This document shows positions 1 to 9,679 of a DNA stretch of 29,693 nucleotides, piece by piece. This DNA is from Caecitellus pseudoparvulus (Eukaryota; Protista; Bigyra: Bicosoecida). Within the stretch, counting starts at the first letter, position 1, and every line of letters begins with the position of its first letter. The notes under the pieces were generated by a model. The model had not been told where the DNA came from. It was given only the letters and a program-made list of their open reading frames with translations, and did no database searches. The DNA lies in the NCBI GenBank assembly GCA_965644315.1, contig CBFFRQ010000099.1, positions 1-29,693 of the forward strand. Direction: 5' to 3'. The position numbers were made by a program, and so were the translations under genes.

Positions 1-3000
1 GTGAGGACAGGGCGGATCAAGAAGCAACTCCGCAAGCTACATCGACGCCGGCACCTTCTTCAGCATAGCCAGTCACCCCATGCCCCAGCTGACCTGCGTT
101 GTGCGGATGAACGCAAGCACATGCTCATGGAGGACCTTGCTGCCACCCATGTTGAAAGGAAGAAGGCGATGCGCAAGTGTACTCGGCTGGTTGCCAAGAA
201 GCACAAGGCTGCCATGTTTCAGGTCCAGCAGCGCATCCGGGACCTTGCCCGGCTTGACCCCTTCACTGCTCACCTGCATGTGCGGAAGCTGTCCGGCAGA
301 AGGAGGAAGGGCACTTCGTCGTCCATCCAGTCAGTCATGGACGACAGCGGCACCCTCATCACGGACCCATCACAAGTGCGGGCTGTGGTCAGGGACCAGA
401 TGGGCCAGATCATTAGCCCCCCTCCACGCCAAGTTGTGTCCCTGAAGTTTGGACTGGGCCGGCTGCTCCCATCGGCCCCGACCCACATGGCCACTGAAGC
501 AGCCTGGACCCCGAGCGTGGACCATATCCTGAAGAAGATTCAGTCCCTGAGCCTCCACCGCAACCCTGGCACGGGGCACTACCAGGCTGAGCATGTCAAG
601 TATGCCAGCGAGGACTTCCGGAAGAGGTACGCTGCCGCTCTTCAACAGGCCATCAGCACCGGGTCATGTCCAAGTCAGTACCACAGTGGGGTGGGGACAC
701 TCATCCCCAAGACCGCCAGCCAGGCCGGGAGGGTGCAGACATACAGGCTCATTGTCTGCCGTCCCCCCCAGGCCAAGCTCTTCTTCTCGGTCGTGGCCTC
801 GTGTGTCGAAGACTGGGTGCAGCACTGGATCTCACACGAACAAGCAGGCTTCACCCACGCCCGCAACACCCACGAGCAGATCCTTGCCTTGCAGGAGGTG
901 TCCACTGCCCACCTGCGTGCCAAGCCCACTGCCAGTGTCCTTGTCCTGTTCGTGGACTTCAAGAGTGCCTTTGACACTGTCAGCCACGAGGCGATACTCG
1001 AGATCCTCGAGTCAGCAAGCCTCCCACAGCCCCTACTCAGCTGCGTGAAGGACTACATGCAGCGCGCCACAGTGGCCATCCATACCGGCCATGGTCTTTG
1101 CGACCCCCTCCCAGTCACCAACGGGGTCCCCCAGGGTGGCGCACTGTCGCCTCTGTTGTTCAAGGTGGCCATCGATGTGCTCTCTCAACGCCTGAGAGAG
1201 CTGCCAAGTCAGGGAGTGTCAGGGGCAGGAGTGCCGACACCCCGCGGCCACGTCACGCATACCCTCTATGCGGACGACCTTGCTTGCCTTGCCACCACCC
1301 CTGCTGCCCTCCATCGGATGTTCCTTGAAGTGAAGGCCTTGGGCAGTCGGGTGGGCTTGGCCATCAACCCACGCAAGTCCGGGGTCATGGTCCTCACCGG
1401 GGCGCAACAGGTCAATGGGGTGTCAGCCACGGAGCGGCGGAAGCTCATCTGGCGATCCCGGTGGCTGAGGTCAGGGCAGTCCATGAAGGTCAAGGGGACA
1501 CCCATCCAACGCACGAGCACCTACTCGTACTTGGGTGTCCCCCTGTCTGAAACTATCAGCCGAACCCGACTGCTTGCCACGAGGCAGGCAACTCTGTCCT
1601 GCACTCGGGCTGGGTTCGGCTGCGGCGCCCTCCTCAGTAGTGTGTGGCTGAGTCCGATCCTGAAGCAGCGGATCGGCACTGCCTCCATCAACAGTGCCGC
1701 CGACTACATCTTGGCGTCCCGGGTCAGCAACTCGGTGCTGCCTTTGCGGGACGTCGATCGTGGACTTGCCATCGCCTTCAGCAAGGCCCAGCTGGGGATG
1801 CAAAGCTCGCTGGCACGCATGCACAACTATGCGAAGCTTGCTGTGTGCGGCGTCTTGCCAACACACATCCGGGCGACGAAACTCCGCAGCAACATCTTCA
1901 TGAAGCTGCTGAAGAATGTCCAAGTGCCCACCCCCTTGGCCAAGGCGCTGTCCATCAGCCTGCGCCAAGCCCTGGACCTGCTGCCCTCCCCCCTGGACAT
2001 GGCCGGCATCTTCCTGGCCAATGTCCGCCTCGACAGGCCAGGCGCCGGAGGCATCCCAGATCCATGGGCCTTACACGGTCTACTCGACCTCTGGCTCCTT
2101 GGATGCCTCCCTGACCGCTCTCGCCTGGAGGCTGTGTGCCTGGAGCCGCCGCCTGACTCGGCCCCAGACACACACGGAGTCGACATCACCGCTGGGATGG
2201 ACCCCGCCCCCCCCAAGATCCAGCTGCTTGGACTCGCGGCGGCGGAGTCCTCGGATCTGTCTGCGGCCCCCCAGTTCCCGGACACCACCCCCTGGGCCAC
2301 TCGGCAACGCGTCGTCGCCTCCTTCCTTCATGTGGCCCAGACGGTCAAGTGCAGTGCAGTTGGCTACACTCCCACGGGGGAGATGAAGGCCACCAGGCGT
2401 CCGAAGGAGTACCACATCGGTGTGGGCGCTCGCTTCTTCGCCTGGCTGCACCCGATCCCTTCCTCTGTGAACCCAGTCTTCTGGGTCCACGAAGGCGATC
2501 AGGAGAGACGTGTGAAGGTGCACCTGTGGCAGACGCTTCAAGTGTTCAACGGGGATGACACCCCTACACTGTTCAGCGCCTGCCCCCTGTGCCACAGCGT
2601 CTCGTGGTGCAGCCTGCAGGAGCACGTCCTCTTGGACTGCCCCCACCACGCCCTGGTCCCTGCGAGAAGGTCCGCCCTGTCCGAGGTGCGGACCTTCCTG
2701 TCCAGATCCAATGATGCAGTGAGGGGGGTTGCCAACTGCCAGTACCTTGAAGTACCCCCCTCACTGCTGGATACCGTCGTCCATGCCGAAGAAGGCCGCT
2801 TGTTGGGCCGCCCGTGTCGCCTGCTACTGCTGCGACTGCTGCTGTGCGGCCAGTGGCCCCATCGGTGGGGCCAGCCCCCGGCACAACAGCCCTGGAGTTC
2901 CGAGGCAGCCGCGGTCCTGAGTAACCCTCATGTCACTCTCCGCGGCTCCTTGGGTCCACTCCACCCCCCCAAGTACTGGCGCGAGGCCCTGGTAGCTGCC

Positions 3001-3384
3001 ACGGGCCTCGCGGTATCTGCGTGGGACGCGGTGGTGACGTGCATGCTCAGCCTTACCTCTCGTGCCGACCGTCACATCCAGAGGCACGCCCGGTACCTCT
3101 GGTGGGCGGCGCATGGACGAACGTGTCCTCTTCCAGGTTACTCGGCTCCTGATCCGAGTACTGTGAGGAAGCATGTGCGGGACGTGAAGACGCGGCGCTT
3201 CGAGCGCACTTACTTTCCTGTCAAGTCCCCTCGTCGGCCGCCTCGCTCCTTCACGAGGCAGGCCACCTTGCTCGACTTCGGGCTGGCACGGCCGGAAGTC
3301 CACGAGGAACCTCCGGCACCGTCCATGTCGTCCTCGGCGTCGTCCTCTGGGTCGTCCTTGAAGTGTCCATCCGACTCTGAGTAG
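1..3384 (+). CDS. Non-LTR retrotransposon (LINE-like) polyprotein: linker + reverse transcriptase + C-terminal CCHC zinc knuckle; 5'-truncated by the window edge
   Basis: Open 1127 codons with non-LTR RT motifs LIPK..YRLI, EQAGF, LFVDFKSAFDTVSH, GVPQGGALSPLLF, LYADDL, GLAINPRKS and YSYLGV. C-terminal CPLC-x10-HVLLDC. The N-terminal segment (VRKL...IQSVMDDSGTLITDP) resembles the endonuclease-RT linker of APE-bearing clades, so the APE domain is presumably upstream of base 1. Confidence 0.95.
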   Translation: MRTGRIKKQLRKLHRRRHLLQHSQSPHAPADLRCADERKHMLMEDLAATHVERKKAMRKCTRLVAKKHKAAMFQVQQRIRDLARLDPFTAHLHVRKLSGRRRKGTSSSIQSVMDDSGTLITDPSQVRAVVRDQMGQIISPPPRQVVSLKFGLGRLLPSAPTHMATEAAWTPSVDHILKKIQSLSLHRNPGTGHYQAEHVKYASEDFRKRYAAALQQAISTGSCPSQYHSGVGTLIPKTASQAGRVQTYRLIVCRPPQAKLFFSVVASCVEDWVQHWISHEQAGFTHARNTHEQILALQEVSTAHLRAKPTASVLVLFVDFKSAFDTVSHEAILEILESASLPQPLLSCVKDYMQRATVAIHTGHGLCDPLPVTNGVPQGGALSPLLFKVAIDVLSQRLRELPSQGVSGAGVPTPRGHVTHTLYADDLACLATTPAALHRMFLEVKALGSRVGLAINPRKSGVMVLTGAQQVNGVSATERRKLIWRSRWLRSGQSMKVKGTPIQRTSTYSYLGVPLSETISRTRLLATRQATLSCTRAGFGCGALLSSVWLSPILKQRIGTASINSAADYILASRVSNSVLPLRDVDRGLAIAFSKAQLGMQSSLARMHNYAKLAVCGVLPTHIRATKLRSNIFMKLLKNVQVPTPLAKALSISLRQALDLLPSPLDMAGIFLANVRLDRPGAGGIPDPWALHGLLDLWLLGCLPDRSRLEAVCLEPPPDSAPDTHGVDITAGMDPAPPKIQLLGLAAAESSDLSAAPQFPDTTPWATRQRVVASFLHVAQTVKCSAVGYTPTGEMKATRRPKEYHIGVGARFFAWLHPIPSSVNPVFWVHEGDQERRVKVHLWQTLQVFNGDDTPTLFSACPLCHSVSWCSLQEHVLLDCPHHALVPARRSALSEVRTFLSRSNDAVRGVANCQYLEVPPSLLDTVVHAEEGRLLGRPCRLLLLRLLLCGQWPHRWGQPPAQQPWSSEAAAVLSNPHVTLRGSLGPLHPPKYWREALVAATGLAVSAWDAVVTCMLSLTSRADRHIQRHARYLWWAAHGRTCPLPGYSAPDPSTVRKHVRDVKTRRFERTYFPVKSPRRPPRSFTRQATLLDFGLARPEVHEEPPAPSMSSSASSSGSSLKCPSDSE

Positions 3385-4026
3385 CGGGCGATGTGTGTAG
3401 AGCGCGGCGCGAGGCGGTGCAAGCTTACGGCGTGGCGTGGTGACAACCACGGTCGTGGCTGAGCGAAGTGCCGGTGCGCATGAAGGCGATGTCCTTGATG
3501 ATGGATGGAACCTGTGGAAAGTTGGAAGAAGTAGTGAAGAATATGTCCAGTATACTTACATGATGGCTCGGGGTCCATGTGCAGCTCCAGTGAAAATCCT
3601 GTGACGGGGCGCGCGGAATTTGGCAGGGTGAACACGCGGGCGCGCGGGGAAACGTCGCAGGCGGGGCGCACTGGTCCTCAGGGCCTTGATTGACGAAATG
3701 GCTGGATGTTCTGTGAAAAGGAAGAGGTGTTCTTGGTGTTCTTGGTGCTCGGGTGGCGTTGTTCCGGCGGTGCGCGCTGCTACCACCGGCGTGGTGCAGT
3801 GCAACACCGTCGTGAAACGCCACCCGAAGGCGGCCACTGCGGCTCAGGACAGCGCGCAGTGGCCCCAGGCACACGTGCAGTGCCTGGCAAGGGCCAGGAG
3901 AAGCGGGGGGTTTCTGAATTATGAAGCGAAGTGTGGACTGGGACGAAGCAGGAGTGGGCCCGGCCCCCTCTGGCTCAGCCGACTGAGCCGAGAGGGCGCG
4001 GGCGGGGCAGTTCGACACGTATGGGC

Positions 4027-4221
4027 GGGCGCGGGCGCGCCCTAGCAAGCGGCGGCTCATACAACGGACGTATGTCCGTGATGACTGCAGACCCACGAGA
4101 GTGGGAGCCGCTGTAGCGCCCCTGGTGTGCCTTGTGCACAGCAGCGAGCGCTACATGTGATGCCCAAGCTGTATCGCGTGCAAGCGTGAAGGCGACATGC
4201 AATGCATTGAATGAACTAACC
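4027..4221 (+). ncRNA. Conserved structured RNA at the retroelement 3' end (copy 1)
   Basis: Multi-helix fold shared with 5038-5245, with several compensatory substitutions (see findings). Confidence 0.65.
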
Positions 4222-4224
4222 TAA

Positions 4225-5245
4225 AGGGTTAGGGCGAGGCGGTTTGAGCGTACATACTTCCCCGTGCGCTCGGAGCGGCGCGCTCCGCGCTCCTTCAGTG
4301 CGCAGTCCACGCTGTTTGATGTTGGAGTTTCCAGGCCCGACATACCATCCAGTCCGGGTTCTGACTTGGAGTAGTCCGTGAAAATCCCCTGGTAAACGCT
4401 GGCGGATCTGTGGAAACAAGATGGAAAGGCGTGGTCAGAACCACGATGGAAACTGTAGGCTTGGAAATCTTGGCAACGTTGGCCAGGTGGCCGGCCTTCA
4501 TCTTGGCTTCTTTCTGCGAAGAAGAGAGAAATAAGTCCAAGATTGATGCAGAAGCACATACCTGGAGGCCTTGGGTCCATGGAAAGTCCTGTGTGTCCTC
4601 CTGTGGCGGCGCGTGCGGAAGTAGCCGTGCCTCACGCACGGGCGCAAGGCACGCCGCCACCTGGAAGAGGACTCACCAGGATCCAGCCCGTCCACAAGTA
4701 CTTCATCGACCTACATGCGCAGAAAGGAGCGGAAAGAGTGTGGAACATGTCAGGAACAAGGTGTTCTTCAAGCGTTCGGCGGGGCAGGCAGCGCGTGGTG
4801 CTGCCAAGTGCACTGCCCCACCGTGAAACGCCCCCACCTGTCCCGGGCACTGAGGCCCATGTAGGGCCCACAGTGGGACGAAGTCCCGGGCCCGAGTCGG
4901 AAACCGGCCCGGGATAATGGGGGAAGTTGAATTGTGAACTGATGGAATGTCTGAGTGGGTTGCGCTGGCTGCGCACCCCCCCACGAGACCGAGCTCTGGC
5001 CCCCCTCGCGGGCATGTGGACCTTCTTTCGAAGGGGCGGGCGTTGAAACGCCCTAGCGAAGCGGCGGCTTATACAACGGACTCACGTCTGTGCTGGCTGC
5101 AGATCCATTAACATGGTAGCCGCTGTGGTGTACATCGTGGCGCATTCGTGCGCGACGGTGAGCAGGACACCACGTGTGATGCCCCAGCTGCACCGCGCCT
5201 GTGGCAAGCGTGGAAGCGAATTGCAATGCATTGAACTGTCTAACC
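4225..5245 (+). mobile_element. 5'-truncated, diverged sister retrotransposon (copy 2): last ~49 codons of the RT ORF + full 3' UTR
   Basis: 4225-4374 translates to RVRARRFERTYFPVRSERRAPRSFSAQSTLFDVGVSRPDIPSSPGSDLE*, matching copy 1 DVKTRRFERTYFPVKSPRRPPRSFTRQATLLDFGLARPE...SDSE*. Colinear UTR blocks follow at offsets of ~990-1025 nt (cgtgaaacgcc 3811/4822; cctagc 4041/5052; gcaatgcattgaa 4199/5223). Confidence 0.88.
5038..5245 (+). ncRNA. Conserved structured RNA at the retroelement 3' end (copy 2)
   Basis: Same helices as 4027-4221 with different loops, compensatory pairs and G-U pairs that only work on the + strand. Confidence 0.65.
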
Positions 5246-5545
5246 CTTCCTGAAAGAAGCTTTCGACATCCTGAAGTGTTCCTTGAATGCAGGACCTTCT
5301 AACGTGCGCAGGGCTGTCCGGAGCCAGCACAGCTCTGGGCCAGGCCGCCGAATAGCCTCCAATCCGACACCGACAGTTCCCACTGGTGCCAGGACCCCCG
5401 TGGGTGAGATACCAGAAAGTAGAAGAACTTTGCTCCATCCGCGCACTTCAATATCCCTCAGAATGGTCTCTGTGAACCAGGGTGCAAGCACACTTAGTTG
5501 GCGTGTTGATGAACTGTGTGGAAAAACACGAACCAGCTTGATCAT
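5246..5545 (-). pseudogene. PIF/Harbinger-like transposase N-terminal fragment, cut off by the retroelement
   Basis: The ORF ends in W...LEGPAFKEHFRMSKASFRK, which matches the F-x-x-x-FRMS-x-x-x-F N-terminal motif of Harbinger/HARBI1 transposases. It then hits a stop supplied by the retroelement end at 5240-5245. Confidence 0.65.
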
Positions 5546-6286
5546 CTCCTATGGCGGCCATACTCGGAAAGAGATGCCGTGAACCCCAGCCACAGATAAG
5601 ACTAAATGAAGTCTATCCTTTGTCCCCTTGCGAACGACCGAGCGTACCAGGGCTGGTGCGTAAGAGCAGTCGCCAAACCCGTGTATATTGGCAGTATCTC
5701 CCTTTTCCAGACCCTCCGATGCTACCTCCCCCAGAGGCCCGTTCAGACATGAGTTTCGCTCTCGCCTTCAGCAACGCAAGAAAGTGCAAGCAATGCCACC
5801 CGCCATAAATTCATTTTTGATCAAAGATGCATAAATCGCTAGATTTATCATGTATTTTCCCACATTCGCGACCATAGGATTTGCCGCGTGCCTCGGGAGC
5901 ACCACTAGCCCCCCAAGGAGTTGTGCCGGGAACCCTTAGCAAGCTATAAAGAGAACCAAAAGAATGCAAATACGATCAAACACACAGGTCTGCAACTTGC
6001 AGTGTATTCCTGTACACTGGATCCTATTTGTACCCTTTTGTCGGAGAGAACTGAAACTATATTGCATGTATCCATTCTCTGTTCATCGAAGTGTCTGGGC
6101 TGCTGCTCACGATTGCCGGGGATTGGCGGCGCTGCTTCTTCGTTGAGCAGAGCAGTTTGCACCGGCGGGTGATGCTTGTGAGAGAAATCCGACCTCGGCT
6201 GTCATAGGACCGCCTCGCCGCCAAGGAGCCTCGCCGGGTGCGCTGCTGCTCCGTCATGTCTGCAATGTCTTCCATGTGCCCCATGT

Positions 6287-8360
6287 TCAGAAGGTGTGTG
6301 CGCTGCAGAGGGTTCTCAACCTCTCCGCCGCCTCTGCCAAGGGGGGGACAAGCTCTTCCCTTTCGTTAAAGCTTGCACGCGGACAGGCATCATGGTGGGT
6401 CGAAGATGTACCTGGTGCACCAGGCATTGAATGGCTGAGGTCTGCAAGGCCAGCTTGGGAGCTGCGCCCCGCTGCAGGAATCGGCAGGGCTACTAGCTGG
6501 CCTGGTGTACTCTCACGGCCGGCTGGAAGGTCGAGCGTCTGTTTTGCTTGCCCTGCTTGTGGTTGCGAGGCGAACTGTACCTCAGCGCCAGCTGCTTCAT
6601 CACTGCGTGCAGAGGTGGGCTTCAGTTTGCCTGCACGTGGTAGGTTGGTCGCGTTGCCTGCACTTGCTTCCGTGATGGACAGCAATGATGACTTCAGCAA
6701 GTCCAACAATGATGTTGGCTGGGCTGGGCGTGTACCTGACAGCGCCCTTGGCGTGTCTGTTGTGATGCCGCTCGTTTGCACTGCGTTGGGAGAGAATGCC
6801 ACAGAGACGAGGGCGGCTCCCCTTGGACCCAAAGCCTGCAGCACGGCATCGGCATCGCTACGTGGACTACCAGTCACCCCTTGTTGCATCATGCCACCAG
6901 GGAACGACAGCACAGTGCTCGGGCTGGTGGCCGTACTGGGGGCGGATGGCTGGGTGCGACCACACCTCGTCAGTCGCTGCGCCAGGGCTGATACAATGTC
7001 CACGAGCGTCGGCACTCGACTGTCCACGATCTGCCCCACAGTGCTGTCCCCTGGGCTGTCCACACTGCCCAGCTCAGGCAACAGAGCTCGGATGCGGGCT
7101 CCGACTCGAGCCAGCACTGCCCGTGCCGCTGAGCTGTACCCACGCACCACCACCAGCAGAATGGCCAGCAGAATGACACCTTGTGAAATATACAGCAGAG
7201 CATCCGTGAGTCCTCGCACACCTGCAGGTGGATGGAGGCTATTCACGCCCACCAGGATCACCTGCAGCAGAATGCCGCCATGGGCCATGACGTCCAGGTC
7301 TGTCAGCGCCTTCAGACACCAGGGCCGCCGCCACCGCACGAGAAGCAGGCTTCCCAGTACAACACCGCCCACCATGCACAGGCGCAAAGTGGTGTAGGCA
7401 CGCGAAGCTACAGCATGCCGACTGGGCTAGCTCAGCCTCAGCGACAGCGGCCTCTGCAATGGCACTGTGCTTGTCGCCACCTGCGTGAGCCACAGTATAC
7501 CGGGCTTGTACTGGTGTCATTTGGATGTTGTGGCTGCTTGACACGAAGCCACGCACCGTGGCGCCTCGCAGTGCAGCTGTGCTCGCTCCTCGCTACTGCC
7601 GCCAAGCCATGAAGGCGACGAAACCCACACTGGCTGCCAGAATGTGCAGCACGAGGGGGAAGATGAAAGGAGCAGCTGCCTTCATCGTGCCAGCTGGCAC
7701 ATTGGCATCGGCCATTGCTTCATGCTGAGGTCGCAGTCCCACCAGCTCGGCGTGCAGCTGCAGCAGAGCAGGCAGCAGGCGGACGTATGCAGCCGCTGGG
7801 AGCCACAGCAACACACTGTACCACACACCACGCGCTGTCCCAGTTGCAGGCTTTGCAAGTCCCAGCGTCGTTGCCAATGCCAGGAGCAGGAAAGCGCCCA
7901 GCGCCACCATGAACAAGTTGCCGGCGTTGTCTGGACTGGATGGGTCGCCACCACCTGCAGCACATGCCACAGATGGCAGACTGGCAAAATTGCTGGAGCC
8001 AGTGATGGCAGACAGCACTGCCATGGCACCTGTGCCAGCTGAGTCAGTGCCAGCATCGCGAGTATACAGCGTGCCGTTGAGTTTTGCGGTCGGATGGACT
8101 GCCCACGGCCTGGCCAGCTCGCATGCGCCTGCCCACTGGTGCAGGGAGTGTGCTGACGCCTGAAGAGAGTCTGGACCTGAAGGGGCGAGGATTGCGATCT
8201 GCGTAGATATGCCCATGAACCACAGCATGATCTGCAGTCCGCCCAAGAACAGGCTGGTGGTGAGCTTCTCAACAGACTTGGCATACTTGCGGAGAGCAAA
8301 CACTGCCAAGGCCATCGCCAAGATGACCTGCAACACAGCAGAGCCAATGGTTGCACATGC
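6287..8360 (-). pseudogene. Multi-pass membrane protein of unknown function, disrupted or spliced (ORF pieces 7593-8462, 7239-7556, 6287-7387)
   Basis: A series of hydrophobic helices (VLQVILAMALAVFAL, LFMVALGAFLLLALATTLGL, FIFPLVLHILAASVGFVAFM, ILLAILLVVV) followed by a low-complexity tail. There is an in-frame stop at 7593 and a frame change near 7390. The + strand ORF 6276-7397 is its antisense shadow. Confidence 0.5.
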
Positions 8361-8389
8361 GGGCGATAATCTAGTGTCAGGACGCTGCT

Positions 8390-9580
8390 CACAAGCTGAA
8401 CAAGGAGGCGTGGCAGCCCAGTGCCTCCCTGATGTCCCCATTAGGCGTGATCGCGCCCCCAAGCGAGACTGCCTTGGCTGGCCCTGTGGGTGTTGCTGGG
8501 CTTGTTAATGGCGTGCTCTGCGCATTTCATGACCCTAGGACTGCCTGGGGCAGCTATCATGACCATCCGCACAGTGCTGGGTCGATCAAGACTACCGCCC
8601 TAGCATGGGGAAGGGACGGTGACGGCGCTCTCACGCAATGCGGCTGAGTTGGACGTCGCGTCGGCACTGCTGGATGGGAAAGGCTCCGTGGACGCCGCAA
8701 AGAAAAGGGAAGCGACTGACAAACGAGATAAGACGTTGTACAGGTACATCGAGCTCTCTGAGGCCACACAGTACAAGGCAGGAACCCTGGCAGGAACGGC
8801 ACTTGCCGTCACGAAGAAAACTGGGCCGTGCAGATTGCCGTGAACACAGCCTTGGCCTGCTCAGCACACACCTTGCAGGCCCAATGGCAGTTTGTGGGAG
8901 TGACTTTTCTTCTCGGCGATGTATCCAGCCCACCAAACTGCCGGGCCATGTCAGCGGGACGAACCAGTCTCGCTTCATCGCTTCCACATCCTGGGCTAGG
9001 TGAAGCGCTACCCACAGCAACACGGCCCAGCCGCACTACACACAGCGTGATCACGATGGACGTCGAAAACACCCAGCCACGCGCTCCCCGAGCAGGCGTG
9101 CACCGAAAGTTTCACCAGCTCCACCTCGAGGTTGGCCGCCACCGCCTCAGCTGCAAACGCCAGTGCCGCATGGGTCAAAGGCCCGGCCGGCCACATGCAA
9201 CGTGCAGCACAACAGTACATAGGTGCAGAAGGGTAGACTTTCTAATTTGCCTCTCTTCAGCAAGGGGGCAACCAGCTGCAGCGCTGGGCGCTGGAGCGGG
9301 GCTGGCCTTGTGCTGGGTGGTGTGAAGGGAGTTTCATCCTGAACGGCGGGCAATCACAAGCCGCTTGTTGCTAGGCCTTGAGCATGTTGGAGGCTGAGCA
9401 CATGTGACGAATACGCTTCACATGTCTACGTCCACCTCGCCCTCCAGCACCGGGGAACTTCACCCTGCCATGAAGAGGCGGCCAGAATGCTCAGCTGCAT
9501 GGCAGAGGTTGGAGTTGGCGATGCGAAACGCGAGGCCACTCCGACACAGGGCGCTTCTGGCCGGACGGGTGGTGCTCATG
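8390..9580 (+). pseudogene. Decayed inverted paralog of the outer segments of the 16.4-21.4 kb element
   Basis: 8390-8870 reads CLPDVP..VIAPPSETALAG..TLGLPGA..RSRLPP*HGEG..AELDVASALLDGKGSVDAA..LYRYIELSE..KAGTLAGT..WAVQ, with a stop and frameshifts. This matches ~20030-20520 (-). 9280-9340 matches the reverse complement of 17034-17095 (gtgaagggagtttcatc core), with weaker similarity out to ~9580/16800. Confidence 0.8.
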
Positions 9581-9679
9581 GAGAGACTGGGGAATTGCAT
9601 GTCTGAGTGATTCCGTTGGGTACATGAAACAGTGAATTGTGGCAAATCTCCCTAGACTGTCGCCGCAAGACGCCAACAA

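Larger units (their letters stand above)
1..4221 (+). mobile_element. Non-LTR retrotransposon copy 1 (ORF + ~840-nt 3' UTR), ending ...GCAATGCATTGAATGAACTAACC
   Basis: The 3' end is defined by homology with copy 2, which ends GCAATGCATTGAACTGTCTAACC, and by the immediate start of a second RT C-terminal fragment at ~4225. Confidence 0.8.

Noticed and set aside
4049-4114. Hammerhead ribozyme or 5S rRNA identity for the three-way junction
   Set aside because: CTGCAGA deviates from CUGANGA and no GAAA follows the stem. Similarity to 5S is limited to a GGC..ATAC start.
4225-4234. AGGGTTAGGG as a telomeric repeat tract
   Set aside because: Under two units long. It also reads in frame as R-V-R, aligning with D-V-K of the RT C-terminus, so it is probably coding sequence of copy 2.
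5548-5600. TGGCGGCCATAC resembling a 5S rRNA 5' end
   Set aside because: No downstream 5S conserved boxes and no closing helix.
6276-7397. 373-aa + strand ORF
   Set aside because: Antisense shadow of the minus-strand membrane protein frame: Ser/Thr/Pro/Ala-rich with no motifs.
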